Below are positions 14,479-28,666 of a stretch of DNA of 64,000 nt, piece by piece (within the stretch, counting starts at the first letter, position 1; each line of letters starts with the position of its first letter). A model generated the notes under the pieces. That model was given only the letters and a program-made list of their open reading frames with translations. It searched no databases and was not told where the DNA came from. This DNA comes from the human T2T-CHM13v2.0 reference genome, Homo sapiens. A program made the position numbers and the translations under genes. Location: assembly GCF_009914755.1 (NCBI RefSeq), contig NC_060945.1, one strand, 5' to 3'.

Positions 14479-14937
14479 TGTTATGAGGGGAATTGTGTGC
14501 CCCCCAAATTCATGTGTTAGAATCCTAACCCCCACTACTTCAGAATGTGACCTTATTTGGAGATAGGGTTGTTACCAAGTAAAAACGAGGTCATTTTAGG
14601 GTGGACCTTTAGAGTGGATCCTAATCCAGTATGACTGATGTCCTTCTAAAATGCGGAGACTGGAGACAGGCTCACACACAGGGAGAACTCCATGTGGAGA
14701 GGAAGGCAGAGACTGGGTGATGCATCTCCAAGCCAAGGACCATCAAAGATCACCTTCATCCCCAGAAGCTAGGAGGGAGCCATGGAACAGTCTCCCTCAC
14801 AGCCTCAGAAGGAACCAACCCTGCTGATGTCTTGATTTTGGACATCCAGCCTCCAGAACTGTGAGAGAATACATTTCTGTCGTTTAAGGCACACGGCCTG
14901 TGGTGCATTGTTATGGCAGCCCTAGTCAACCACTACA
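14479..14937 (+). mobile_element. MLT1 (MLT1B-like) MaLR LTR
   Basis: TG...CA termini; CAGAATGTGACCTTATTTGGAGATAGGG, CAGCCTCCAGAACTGTGAGA. Confidence 0.85.
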
Positions 14938-15075
14938 GAACCTTTGGTTGGTGGCTGCCATTGTTCCAAAGCTTTCCTCTCCTTGCCTTGAATCTCCTCT
15001 TCTCTTCCTTCTGTGCTTTCTCTTCTGGCCTCTCTGTCACTCAACTTTCCTGCCCTCTCTCATCGTTTTCCATAG

Positions 15076-15230
15076 GATCTCCCTCTCATAGCACAGAAGT
15101 AAGCAGGGAGTTTCTGTTGTAGTAAGCGGGAGATGGGTTCCACCTGAGCAGGGAGATGCCTGACTTGCTTCACGTCTCCAATGGGGATAATATTATCTGC
15201 CAGCTGTCCCCTGGAGCTACTGTTGTGTAG
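15076..15230 (+). pseudogene. Candidate exon 2
   Basis: ~100-nt pyrimidine-rich tract ending TTTTCCATAG; donor TAG|GTGAAG; phase 2 to 1; 3 stops; alternative acceptor at 15091 and donor at 15290. Confidence 0.4.
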
Positions 15231-15627
15231 GTGAAGGGCCGACTCAGAAAATGCTTTGAAACCCATAAATAATGACATGGATGAGAATGAGTATTTTGTG
15301 TGTTTTACTTTCACATGTTAGGACTCAAAGGTGGAATGAAGTGTTTTCTAAGTTACTTTGGTTTCTTCTCTCTGTAATTATCTAGGGTTCCTACTTCATG
15401 GTAGGGAATGTGTGAAAGGGCATAGGCCCTGCCACTTTCTTGCCATCTGTCAGTAGTGGGCTTCTACGGGCTGCCTCCCAAGCATGTTTTATATCCTCTC
15501 TACCCAGCGCAGAACGGCCTCCCTAACTCAAAAACCACGTGTTAAGGTGATATGGATCCCACTCCCATCTCTAGAAGTGGGTCCCAAATAGGGTCACTGC
15601 ATCAGATAATTCCAAGGGGTATCATCT

Positions 15628-15991
15628 TGATATTGTTTGGCTTTGTGTCCCCACCCAAATCTCATCTTGAATTGTAATCCCATAATCCCCACGTGTCATG
15701 GGAGGGAGCCGGTGGGAGATAATTGAATCAGGCTGGCTGTTTCCCTCACACTGTTCTCGTGATAGTGAGTGAGTTCTCAGGAGATCTGATTGTTTTATAA
15801 GCGTCTGGCATTTCCCCTGCTGCACTCATTCTCTCTCCTGCTGCCCTGAGAAGAGGTGCCTTCCACCATGATTGTAAGTTTCCCGAGGCCTCCCTAGCCA
15901 TGCAGAACTGTAAGTCAATTAAATCTCTTTGCTTTATAAATTACCCAATCTCGAGTATTTCTTCATAGCAGCATGAGAACGGACCACTACA
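15628..15991 (+). mobile_element. THE1 solo LTR (MaLR)
   Basis: TGATATTGTTTGGC...ACTACA; perfect 5-bp TSD CATCT. Confidence 0.9.
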
Positions 15992-17215
15992 CATCTGCAT
16001 TGTCATAAATGTGTATAGTGAACTTGAAGTTGTGCAGTGCACAACCTGCACAGTCATATCTGATAGCCCCAGTCCTGTACAATTAAATCATTCAGGCAAT
16101 CCCGTCTCTCTGACCGTAGTCATAGGTACAGAATGGGTACTAAAATCCCGTAAAGCTGTGAGGAGAGATTGTCCGGGGTTACTGAGAAAAAAACCAAAAA
16201 ACAAAAAACTCTTGCCTTCTCCAGGGACCTACTGATAGACGGCATTCTGAGTGTGATATAAACATATAAGGCTGGCAGCTGTGCTCATGAGAGAAGGGCC
16301 AGTACCTTTTGCGAAGTCACTAGGTGGACCTTGAGGAATAAGAGAGCAGAGATCTGAGAGAGCCAGGGCTTGTGCTTATGCCTCTGGATCAAGCTTTGCC
16401 TGAAGCACCTGTGCAGTTTGTTACATGAGCCCATGTATTTGCTTTATAGAATTGGTTTGGGTTGGATTTTCTTTCCCTTGCTACCCAAAGAATTCTAAAT
16501 GCTACACTGGAGATGGAAGTAAAGAAAGGGGGAGATAGAGATATGTTTCTGGTTGACAGTGCAACAACTATCAAAAACAAAAACAAAGCTTCTTCAAGCA
16601 TCCACAACCATTGCCACAGCAATTTGAATTACATTTTCTAATGAAAACCAGGCCAAATGATCGTTAGCATTCTCAGCTAACTCACAGCAATGTTCTTAAG
16701 TCCATTTGTGATTGTCCAATGCTAAAAATGTATACCAGTTGGCATTAAAAACCTAAACTATTTCTACCACTGCATGGCTTTTAACTAGAGGTTTGTGGTC
16801 TACCCTGAAAACTTAATCTACTATGCATATCTTTATTTCTAAACTAATACGTTCTTTTGAGTTCAGCCTACCTAAAAGCATACTTCTGGTGTACTGCCTA
16901 TTTGTAAATTGAAACTTGTCATAAGTATAATAACATTGCCCCCATTGTTCGTATTAATTCATAGCAAGGGGGAACACTACTGTATAGATGTTATAAATGC
17001 TTAGGCAAGGGAGACCATTCAGCTCTTAACCCAATTTCCTGCTGCAAATATCAAAAGTTGGATCAACATATGCCCCTAGTTACAAAGATGTAACATCATT
17101 TCTAAAGTCTTCAGCAGCAGAATCCTAAAGGGCCCCTAAATTTCAGTCTTAACTTTGTTCCAGCCACATCCCAGCTGTTTCTCCCAAGTACTTCATCACC
17201 TGCAGGCTGTTTTCA

Positions 17216-17455
<240 letters not shown>

Positions 17456-17591
17456 CAGTTTTTGGCTACTTTGTAACTGAAATAGATCAATCCCTACAAT
17501 GTCCTTCCCAGGGAGGCCAGGCTCCTAGCCTAGCCTCTTTCTGCCTGCCTCTCTTTGGTGCGTGGGTTTTTCTGTTGTGCCCCTTCCCAAG

Positions 17592-17801
17592 GCAGGAGCT
17601 GGCATCTCTTTCCCTCCTGCAAACTCAGTCCCATGGATCCTCTTCTTGTTGTTTTCTGCACTGATTTTGTATCGATTCCTCTGGAGCAAACATTGGAAGC
17701 TGCTGTCGGATATGCCAGGGCTCTCTGCCCTGTTGTGTTCTGTGTTGCTAGCTGAAGATTACTCCCGGCTTTGTTTCAAGACCCTTGGAACCAGAATAGA
17801 G
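17592..17801 (+). pseudogene. Candidate exon 3 (210 nt)
   Basis: Acceptor TTTTCTGTTGTGCCCCTTCCCAAG, donor GAG|GTGACG; one frame fully open, another with a single stop (..PMDPLLVVFCTDFVSIPLEQTLEAAVGYARALCPVVF..). Confidence 0.5.
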
Positions 17802-17915
17802 GTGACGCTGTCCTGTTTGTACTCTCTCTGGCTGTGATTTTTAAATCCTTGTTCTGAGCCTGCTGTGTTTTTTTTTGTTTTGTTTTGTTTTTTCTCCTCT
17901 GCCTCACTTTTCTAG

Positions 17916-18064
17916 CTCATTGCCTTCTATATCTTCCGCTGGCTCAGTTTGCCTGAGCCCTCTGCATTTGGCACTAAATCGTAGTTTATTCTAATCCTTT
18001 GCCTGGAAGCTGATGCTGGTAACCAGATGGCAATAAAAAGACACTGAATGCAACATTTCTACCT
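17916..18064 (+). pseudogene. Candidate exon 4
   Basis: Strong acceptor CTCACTTTTCTAG after a long pyrimidine tract; donor CCT|GTGAGT; phase 1 to 0 with 4 stops. Confidence 0.45.
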
Positions 18065-18478
18065 GTGAGTTGAGAGACAATACTCGTTACTTCCTGGGAA
18101 AACAGTTGGTGTTTTTCTCAGTTGGGGTAAAATGATATTTCTAAAAATCCTATTGTTTTCTTACTTGGATAAATGTTAAAATATGTTTATTAGAAAGTAT
18201 GCTTTTAAATTTTTTTTAGTCTAAAGAAATATTGCTGCTTCTCAGAGTTTTGGCAAATATTGCTTTTCATTTGTTCTTCTTTTCCTGTGTCTTCTTTCTT
18301 TTCACTCTCTTACCACCTATAGATTTAAATTCCATGTCATTTTATTATTATTTACTGTATTAACTAAACTCACTTTTTATTTAGTTCAAAAAGATGGATG
18401 TGTGGAGTATTTTAAATTTGGCTCTTAAAACCACAGTGTATTACAGATTAGAAAGCTATTATTTTTTCTGACATCCAG

Positions 18479-18595
18479 CAGGCATCATTTCTGTTTTTTA
18501 GCTATCTGACAGCTTGGGGACAGATACGGGCCTTTGTTACGAACTGGGCCAGAGTATTCTTTCTCGAGACTTTTCAAACTAGAGCTAGAAGAGAG
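18479..18595 (+). pseudogene. Candidate exon 5 (QASFLFFSYLTAWGQIRAFVTNWARVFFLETFQTRARRE)
   Basis: Acceptor TTTTTTCTGACATCCAG (CAGCAG), donor GAG|GTGCCC; 39 codons open in phase 0; retains several CpGs. Confidence 0.5.
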
Positions 18596-18603
18596 GTGCC
18601 CCC

Positions 18604-19474
18604 TGTATTAGTCAGCTACTGCTGCATAACAAAGAACCATAAAATCAGAGTCACTTAAAACAGTGAGCACTTATTTACTTCACATCTCTTCAGGTCTGAT
18701 GAGTGGGCTCCACTGATCTCAGCAGGCCTGCTCATGTGTCTTTAGGCTGGCAGTGGGTGGTTTGATTTAAGGATGTCTCTAGTCCACACTGCATGTTTGC
18801 ACATCTGTTGCCTATGTCTTTGCTATGGTTTGGATATTTGAGCCCTCCAAGTATCATGTTGAGATTTGATCTTCAATGTTGGAGGCAGGGCCTGGTGGGA
18901 GGTGTTTGGGTCCTGAGGGAGGATCCCTCATAAATGGCTTGGTGCCATTCTTGTGGGGATGAGTGAGTTCTCATGAGAGCTGGGTTTTGAAAAGAGCCTG
19001 GCACCTCCTCCTCTTTCTGTCTCTTGCTTCCTCTTTCACCACGTGGCTCCCCTTTACCTTCCACCATGAGTGGAAGCAGCCTGAAGCCCTCACCAAAATC
19101 AGATAGATACCAGTGCCGTGCCTGTACAACTTGCAGAACTGTGACCCAAATAAATTTTTTTTCTGTATAAACTGCCCAGCTGCAGGCATTTTTTTTTTTT
19201 TGTAGCAACGTCAAAACAGTTTAAGTCAGTCTTTAACCTTTTAGCAGACTAGTTGGGGAATATTCCACAAGAGAGCAAGTGAGAACCTGCAAGGTCACAT
19301 AGACCTAGGCTGTGAAGGGTCATGTTATGACTTATACTCTTATGCCATTAGCCAAAGTAAGTCAAACAAACAAGCACAAACTCAAGGCACAGGCATACAC
19401 CACCCGCTAGGAGGCCATGCCAAGGGTGTGGATACATGGAAGGGTGAAGAACTGGACTAGTCTTTCAATACCAC
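18604..19474 (-). mobile_element. Old MLT1 LTR interrupted by an MST LTR
   Basis: TGTATTAGTCAGCTACTGCTGCATAACAAA start; resumes after 19233 and runs to ..TACCACA. Confidence 0.7.
18821..19228 (+). mobile_element. MSTB-like MaLR LTR
   Basis: TGCTATGGTTTGGATATTTG...AAGTCA; perfect 5-bp TSD GTCTT. Confidence 0.85.
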
Positions 19475-19673
19475 AGCCCCTTTCTTCTCTAGGCGTGGAG
19501 CTGCTAGGAGTGAGCCCCACATCAGACATCTGTCTCTGGTAGGAGAAGACAGTCAAGATCCAGAGAGATGCAATGGAAGACAGGATGGGAGAAGGTCCCA
19601 ATCATTTTCTAGTTATTAATAACAGTTTTGGCTGTGCTTAGATTGCTGCACTTGGGAGGTTTGGTTAATCAAC

Positions 19674-19704
<31 letters not shown>

Positions 19705-19766
19705 GTTTTACTAGGAGGTAGGCTACTCCACAATCCCTCCAAACTCTTCTTTCTTGCATTAATTAG

Positions 19767-19888
19767 TATAAACTGCATTTCTGGTACTTGCAACCAAAGG
19801 GTTATGACCCATCTATACTGTTTTTTCTAGATCAGATGGTTTTTATATCAAAAGTTGCTGTCCCTATCCCAATGCAAAGCTTTTTTAG
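19767..19888 (+). pseudogene. Candidate exon 6 (YKLHFWYLQPKGYDPSILFFLDQMVFISKVAVPIPMQSFF)
   Basis: Acceptor CTTCTTTCTTGCATTAATTAG, donor TAG|GTTGAT; open; phase 0 to 2; overlaps ORF 19788-19973. Confidence 0.5.
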
Positions 19889-20478
19889 GTTGATTTTTAG
19901 GGGGATAAAATCTTTCATATTGAAAATAAACATTATCACCTATATATCACAGGTTATTAGTTTATTAAGTTAAACTGAACCACATAAGTTTCAAATAAAA
20001 GTGTTACTGAATTTGCAGTAAAAATTACACATAATTAGTGTAAATTAGGAAAGATATAAAACAGTTGGCACAAAGCAATAGCATCCATACTTTTAGCCCA
20101 TTAATTTTATCCCTAGGAATTTACCTCAATAAAATAATATAACAAAAGCAAATGCTCATATACATTACACAATTTATGACAACTGTGATAATAATAAATT
20201 AAAGGGACATGTCTAAATTAAGAGAATGTGTTAACAAATTATGTTAGTTTATCAGGATGGAATATTATGTAGTCTTTATGTTAATTAAGAACATTCTATA
20301 AAATTTCAAAATCCATTTATGACGTAGTACGTGAAAAAGCAAAACAAAATGCAAAATTACAGGGACATCCAGACTAGGTATATAATTTTCTTTTTGTACG
20401 CAGCACAACCATTTTCTTTTTGTGTGCAGTAGAAAAAAACATTTCAAATCTACCTGTAATTTTCTCTTGTTCCGCTAG

Positions 20479-20537
20479 GAGACATGCATCATCTTTGATT
20501 AAAATTATTCTTCACTGGGACCTTTATTTATGCAAAG
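20479..20537 (+). pseudogene. Candidate exon 7 (RRHASSLIKIILHWDLYLCK)
   Basis: Acceptor TTTTCTCTTGTTCCGCTAG; open in the phase required by exon 6; donor degenerate (AAG|GCAAAA). Confidence 0.45.
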
Positions 20538-20644
20538 GCAAAATTCTATTCTAGACTCAAGAAGCTCGAGCCAGACATCCTAAACATTTCTGAATAGAAT
20601 TATCAAAGGCTGAATTTGTCATGTGCAGAATTGCATCTTTTTAG

Positions 20645-23048
20645 GGTTATGATGCTGTTGCCTGTGGGTGAGGATGTGGTGGATAACGCCCTTCTTGCAG
20701 TGAGGATAAGGGGGGTTGGAGAAGGTACCCAGGGGACTGGTGGCTCATGGTAATTGATGGACTAGGGGAGGCCACGTAGAGAGGACGCCGGTGGAGAGGC
20801 ATGGCTGATGGACAGAACTCCAGGAGCAGTGATAGTTCATATCCAGTACAGTATTTTTCTTTTTCTCCATTATAATTCTCCTCATTATTCTCAAGCCAAC
20901 AGGAAATTGTCTTAAATGTTTATCCAGATATTTGCTGTACTTTTGGAAATTAAGGGAGGAGCCTGTAACTCTCCTTGCATAAAACAAGAGCCTGACTTGT
21001 GTGAAAAAGTGATAAGAAGATATTCAGTAGAGATCTGCGGGGAAGTCTCAGAGCAGAGGTCCAGAATAAGTTAAGTGTGGACTGCATAAGAATTCCATCG
21101 GTATGGTAGACTGTATTTCTGTTTGCCAAATATTTTACTTTTCCTCCGTCTTTTGCCATGGAAGGAGTTTACTCTTCAACTCTGCCAGACTCAAGAGAGG
21201 CCATTCGCTTTGCTGTGGCCGATGAAATGGGAGCAGCAAAAACATTTATCATTTCTGGGAACCAGTGTACTGTTCTCCATGTCTCCCTTCTCTCACCCTG
21301 GACCTGATAATATTCCAGCTGGTTGCTGCTCCATCATCCTGGAACCTACAAGTTTGGGGAGGGCGTCAAAGCCAGAGGCAACTTTCATTCAACATGTTAT
21401 GTGAGTGTGATGGTTAATTTTATGTGTCAACTTGACTGGATCATGGAGTGGCCAGATATTTCACTAAGCTTTTCTGGGTTTGTGTGATGATGTTTCCAGA
21501 TGAGATTTGCATTTGAGTCAGTGGACTCCATAAGATAGATTGCCCTTCCCTGAATGGAAGTGTATTAGCCAATTTGCTGAGAGCCTGAACAGAACAAAAG
21601 ATGGAGAAAGGAGAATTCACCTCCTCTGCCTGACTGATTGAGCTGGGATATCAGTCTCCTTCTGCCCTCAAACTGAGACTTAAACCATCAGCTCCACTGG
21701 TTCTCAGGCCTTGGGTCCGAAACCAAACTACACTACCAGCTTTCCTGGGTCTGCAGCTTGCAGATGGCAGAGCATGGGACTTCTTAGCCTTCATAATCAA
21801 GCGAGCTAATTCCTCATAATTAGTCCATCTGTGTTAGTCCATTCTCACACTGCTATGGAGAAATACCCGAGACTAGGTAATTTATAAAGAAAAGCGGTTT
21901 AATTGACTCACAGTTGTGTATTGCTGGGGAGGCCACAGGTAACTTACAATCATGGCGCAAGGTAAAGGAGAAGCAGGCACCTTCTTCACAAGGGTGGCAG
22001 GATAGAGTGCAAGCTGGGGAAATGCCAGATGCTTATAAAACCATGAGATATCGTGAGAACTCACTATCACAAGAACAGCTTGGGGGAACTGCACCCATGA
22101 TCCAATTACCTCCACCTGGTCCTGACCTTGACACATGGGGATTATGGGGATTACAGTTCCTGGTGGGATTTGGGTGGGGACACAGAGCCAAACCATATCA
22201 CTATCTCTCCCCCTCATCCCCTCTCTCTCTATTAAATCCCTTATTGGTTCTGTTTCTCTGGAAAACCCTGAATACAGTGGGAAAGAGGTAAACCTTTGTG
22301 GTTGTAAGCTACTGAGACTTTGGGGTTATTTGTTACTGTAGCATGATCTGGCCTATTCTAATTTATACAGTGGGATTTTTTTTTCCCCCACAAACACTAA
22401 GGAAGTAGCATGTGGAAGGCCAGACCTTCTGTTGCCATCAGTAGGGGGGTTTCTGTAGTCTGAGGACCTATGAGCCTTTTGGGTTACCTTTGACTTGCAC
22501 TTGGGCTTTTATGTTGATGCCAAGCAGTATGTTTATACTTCTCTAAAATGTATTTTTCTCTATATAAATAGTGTTTTTGTTAACTCTCACCGGCTCCAGT
22601 CTCAACTTTTGCCTCTAATTTTTCCCATAATATTCACTAACTCTAGTGATAGCTGTCTATGCGCATTGTACTGAGACTAATTCAGAGAGTGGGTTGGATG
22701 AACTTTGGTTTGATTTGTACGTAATTGTTAAAAACTGTGTTTAAGAAAACAGTTGTACCCTTGGCAAAACCTGGAAGTCTCTATGTTAACAATTTTCCCA
22801 ATTTTTGTTTTAGGAAGCCATTCTGCATATTATGTTTTTAAATAAAAGGATTTGACTTTGGGCTGACAATTTAGCATTTAACCACTGTCTCCGCACCAGT
22901 TCCACAAGAGCAGGGATTTAGATTAATTGGAAAAACCTCATTGGTTTCTGATGGAGGGGGCATTCATAGAAACAACCTACTGACAACTAAGGAGCTACTG
23001 CGATGGGATGGGCAGCCTGCAGCTTCACTCGGTGGGCAGCCTCCACAG
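20645..23048 (+). pseudogene. Candidate exons 8-11: 20645-20667, 20903-21100, 22402-22526, 22900-23048 (frame unresolved)
   Basis: Donors TGG|GTGAGG, TCG|GTATGG, GCA|GTATGT, CAG|GTACTT with pyrimidine-AG acceptors; long open stretches (e.g. MFIQIFAVLLEIKGG..., PQEQGFRLIGKTSL...) but frameshifts are needed to join them. Confidence 0.4.
21110..22369 (+). mobile_element. Old MLT1 LTR interrupted by MLT2 (21406-22276), itself interrupted by THE1 (21830-22200, minus strand)
   Basis: MLT2 start TGTGATGGTTAATTTTATGTGTCAACTTGAC and end CCCTGAATACA; THE1 TGTGTTAGTCC..CCATATCA; degenerate 5-bp TSDs GTGAG/GTGGG and CCATC/CTATC; MLT1 tail TAAGCTACTGAGAC..TTTGTTACTGTAGC. Confidence 0.8.
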
Positions 23049-23222
23049 GTACTTTAATTCCTCGCTCTTCTGGCCAGGCATCTCTTGGTAAAGGCAGGTA
23101 GAGGAAGCAAAGCAATTACCTAGATAATTAAGGAAAAACAAACCTGTATGTGGCAGGTAACTTGGGGAGCTGCTTCTGATTTTCTAGGCAACTATTTTCA
23201 TTCTTCACTTCTCTGGTGTCAG

Positions 23223-23467
23223 CAGGAATCTGAGCTAGATCCCAAGAGCAACTCGAACAATTACAATGCTCTCAGTTGGCAAACCCGGCTTCATAGCAAC
23301 TTCCCTCCTCATTGATCTAGAGTTTGAAATAGCTTTGTCAGATCTCGGGTGTGTTCCTGCTGATTTATGGCAAAATCCCAGTAACAGCTGTGAAAATGTT
23401 TGTCCATTTGTGAAACTTCAGAAAGCGGGTCTAGCAAATCATTCTCACCTGGTGATTCTGGGGCAAG
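23223..23467 (+). pseudogene. Candidate exon 12 (..MLSVGKPGFIATSLLIDLEFEIALSDLGCVPADLWQNP..HLVILGQ)
   Basis: Acceptor TTCTTCACTTCTCTGGTGTCAG(CAG), donor AAG|GTGAGA; coincides with ORF 23266-23544; ends phase 1. Confidence 0.55.
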
Positions 23468-23818
23468 GTGAGAACTGTACCCTCACAGGCCGGGTGAATA
23501 AGATTCTAGTTGCGGTGGAGGCCAAGGAAGAAGATGTACTATGAGTCAATCTCTCTATGAGGCATTTGCTGAACCTTCCCCTCCTACACCTTCCTACAAG
23601 GCAGGTCCGATGACTTTTACTTTACAGATGAGAAGATGGAGCCTCCACAAGGCACATAGCTGGTGAGTGACAAAACCAGAATTCAAACCCAGATCCATTT
23701 GATAGTGACATTTGTTTCCACTACCCTAGTGGCTCTGGGGGAAGCCAGGACACCCATATTTTTGTAAAGTCCCGTAGTTGTTTCTAGTGTCATCCGGGTT
23801 GGAAACTGTATATTAAGT

Positions 23819-24006
23819 CAGTGGTTCTCAAACTTTAGCATGCATTAGTATCCCCTGTTAGGCTTGTAAAAACACAGATTGCAGGCCCCACACTTAGATT
23901 TCTGACTTGGTAGGTAGGTCTGAGTTGGGAACCAGGAACTTGCCTTTCTAACAAGTTCCCAAGTGATGTTGATGCGGGGGCCTGGGCACTACACTATGGG
24001 AACCAC
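23819..24006. mobile_element. MER5A DNA transposon (preceded by MIR ~23600-23720)
   Basis: CAGTGGTTCTCAAAC..., TTTCTAACAAGTTCCCAAGTGATG...GGGAACCAC. Confidence 0.8.
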
Positions 24007-24432
24007 CACCGCATTAAGGTGAACTCAGAGCTGAATCTGACATGAAAATCTGCATTAATGGAGATGACATCAGATATCTGCAAAGTCACTTAATAGAGAA
24101 CGGTTGAGACTAAGTCTTGACTAATATTAAAACTAACACATCTAAAAAGACTATGTCCATCACAGGTGGGTGGTCAGAATAGAAACATTACATAATGGGA
24201 AAGAAAATGTAGCTGATGCTATTCATCTAGAAGGAAGAAGTGATGTAAGGGTCAGTTTCCACCTTTGCTTTGAATTCCTTGGACAGCAAGCAACCATATG
24301 AGCATTAATTTGATTTATGTTTTTCAGGTATCGTATCTGATTTCAGATACATATGATGGTCTCAAGTGTGTTTTTTACCACCACCACTTTGTAGGCCTGT
24401 TGATGCCACTGCTGTTGAAGTCTATGTGAATG

Positions 24433-24447
24433 GTGCCCCCTGGTGGA
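24433..24447 (-). promoter_or_regulatory. CTCF motif (TCCACCAGGGGGCAC), probably within a MER91-type relic
   Basis: Near-perfect match to the CCASYAGRKGGCRS core; preceded by ATGTGAATGGTGCCCCCTGG typical of MER91. Confidence 0.55.
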
Positions 24448-24584
24448 AGGAAAAAGGTAGTTTATTACAGTCCGTTGTAAATGAGTGACCTAGCGTTGTT
24501 ATCATGCTCTGCTCCTAGAGACCACTCCACTCACCTTAAACTAGCGAGCCTGAGGACCGGTCCCGGGGACCCATGAGAACATGA

Positions 24585-24950
<366 letters not shown>

Positions 24951-25783
24951 TAAAATTCTTAAAACGTGAAAATGGGGGAAGATGGTTAACACATCCATAT
25001 GCTATCATGATATATATCTTTCTTCTTAGTTGTATGGGATGAAATGATGCCAAGATTTTCCTTACAGAGTAGGGATTGTGACTGAAGCCTTTGGACAGGT
25101 ATTTAGGCCCTTATGAGTGTCCCCTCTTGTCTAGAGAATGGGACGCCAGGAATGTCAGATGCTTTTCAGCCTCTCCCCTGCTCTCATGCCTAGAAACAAG
25201 AGCTCCACAAAGGTCTCTCATTCCTCAAGGCTGATGAAAAGCCCAGCAGCTAAATGGCCAGAAGCCTGTCTTTGTGAGAAAGCAAGAAGTCTCTCGGTTT
25301 GAACTCTTCGGTCTAGAGACAGATTCTTCTACCAGTGGTGTAAAACCCTAAAGAGGCTCTGCATAAGACCTACCACTGCTCTGTGTCTCATGACACCCTG
25401 CCCCCACCACTGGAAGGCCACACTTATTCTTTGTGTTCATGCTTCTCTATGATCTGCAAGTTTCCCAAGAACACCTGGATTCGAAGCTCAAGTCCACCGC
25501 TAAATAGCTATGTGACCTAATGTGTCAGATGGTTATAAGGATTACAGAGAAAGAGGTATAGATAGAGCTGGTAGCAGTGACAGACACATCTTTACATCAT
25601 ATAATTCTGACATGCATTATTATTGTAGTTTTCTGTTATTCAGACATACTTGTTAAGAAGGTGCTGGGGACAATTTGTACATGCTGGGTATGAAAGGGCT
25701 TGGAAAGTATTTCATGAATGGAGTTGGCATTGAGGAGTCCAATCCATGTACAATGGGTAGAATTAGAAAGGCATTGAGGATAG

Positions 25784-26138
25784 TGTATTAGTCTGTTTTC
25801 AAACTGCTGATAAAAACATACCTGAGAGTGGGTAATTTATAAAGAAAGAAGAGGTTTAATGGACTCACAGTTCCATGAGGCTGGGGAGGCTTCACAATCA
25901 TGGCAGAAGGTGAAAGGCACATCTTACATGGCAGCAGGCAAGAGAGAATGAGAGCCAAGGAAAGGGGGAAACCCCTTACGAAACTGTCAGATCTTGTGAG
26001 ACTTATTCACTACCTTGAGAACAGTATGGGGGAAACCGATTCAATTTTCTTTCACCGGGTCCCTCCCACAACACATGGGAATTATGGGAGCTACAATTCA
26101 AGATGAGATTTGGGTGGGGACACAGCCAAACCATATCA
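25784..26138 (-). mobile_element. THE1B/C solo LTR
   Basis: TGTATTAGTC...CAGCCAAACCATATCA. Confidence 0.9.
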
Positions 26139-26690
26139 GGTGGTTACATAAGAGATCCAGTAGAGAGGTGGGAACTCCAGAGGAGATAACTCACCTGGAA
26201 AGTAGGCAATCAGGAATATAGGATCCCAGTATGATGAAAAAAAAGGGGCTGTGGGTATGGGAGGCATATCTCAGAGAGAAGAAACACTGCTGTTCATGCC
26301 TGTGAAACCCAAGGTTTCCCCTTCCTCTTAAGGGTTCTCTCCCTCTAATGAGAGTTGTTTACACTGCTGATTAGAGACTATTAAGGTCTAGAAATCAATT
26401 TGTGTGGGGTTGTGGCCAGCATTTAAAAAACAGAACAGAATATGAAATATCAATGTGCATTGCACATAGTGAGTAAATATTACTTTATGAAACTTTAATC
26501 AATTACACATGTACATGTTTATAGGGGTATGATGTAAAGTGTATCATTCCTATGGGTCTTGGTACAAGGAGTTGAGAGCTGCGTCTCTAGTGAATCTACT
26601 GGGGTGGGGAGTTTTCTCATGTCTGCTCTTACAAGGTCCTCTTGACTATTTACTTTCCAGGATGGTTTTTCCCCATCAGCCTTTTCTGAG

Positions 26691-27364
<674 letters not shown>

Positions 27365-27591
27365 CTGAGTTAAAGCAGGTACCTATTCACTCTCCTTCTA
27401 GTCGGGGCCTGGAGCACAGGCCACCTTCTGATGCACTGTTGCCACCTCTGCAAAGTCTGAGCAGTGAGGACTGGGTGGAGGGAGGTTGAACATGGGGAAG
27501 CTGCCCTTTCTCTCTTTTATTTTATGACCCAGCCTGTTACTCATTTCGAACTTGATATTAAAGCTGTACCAAATTTTATTACAGTGTTTGA

Positions 27592-27921
<330 letters not shown>

Positions 27922-28650
27922 TAAACCTATCTGCTTCATTCTACTTTTCCAGAAGTCCAAGGAAAGAGTGTCCTGGAATTTAAACCCTTGGCACGGGTCA
28001 CTTCCTAGATGCTCCTGGTTCATCATTGTGCTTCCCTGACCCCAGGGCCACACCCTTTGCTGCAGAAGGACATTTTTTCCAACTTGAGCCCTGCAAACAT
28101 TTATTTATTTTGTGGGGAAGTTCTACTCTGTACCCACAGAGTTTCATAAATTTTTAAATCCACTTCTGAGTATTTATAAAAAGCCAGTGAAGTTTTAAAA
28201 ATCCATTTCAGATCCAATAGATTCCCCTTTACCTCCTCCCACCTCTGCAGAGCCCTGATCATGCTTCTCCATGGGGACTTAGAGTTGGGAGAAGGCTTGA
28301 TCTGCTTTTTCTCTCCTTACTCCCCTCTCTCGGGACACTCTTCCCTTTGAGTGGGGAAGAAAGATGGAAAGGGATGAAGCCGTCATTCTGGATGATAGCT
28401 TTCCCTTGCTTGTTGCCTCTTTGGCTGAGATAGACCCAGTGGGGGTGCTCACTGATGGTGGGCGTCCCAGGCTGGTTCCTTCTTGGAGTACATATGTGGG
28501 TTCTATATAGGCCATTCAGGGTTAGGGAAGGGTTCCTCCCTAGGTTTTGGCCCAATTCTCTAACGTGAGAGATCAGCTCTAGCTCAGTCTTCTGAGTCCC
28601 ACCCCAGCTTTTGCTGGCAATAATACGCCCTGCCATTTCCTGTTGCTGGG

Positions 28651-28666
28651 ACTGCCACCTTGTGGT
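28651..28666 (-). promoter_or_regulatory. CTCF motif (ACCACAAGGTGGCAGT)
   Basis: Strong core match in a non-repeat island. Confidence 0.45.

Noticed and set aside
19714-19716. 3-nt microexon TAG|GAG|GTAGGC
   Set aside because: The pyrimidine tract is a (GTTTT)n microsatellite, and the remaining distance to exon 6 (~50 nt) is too short for a normal intron
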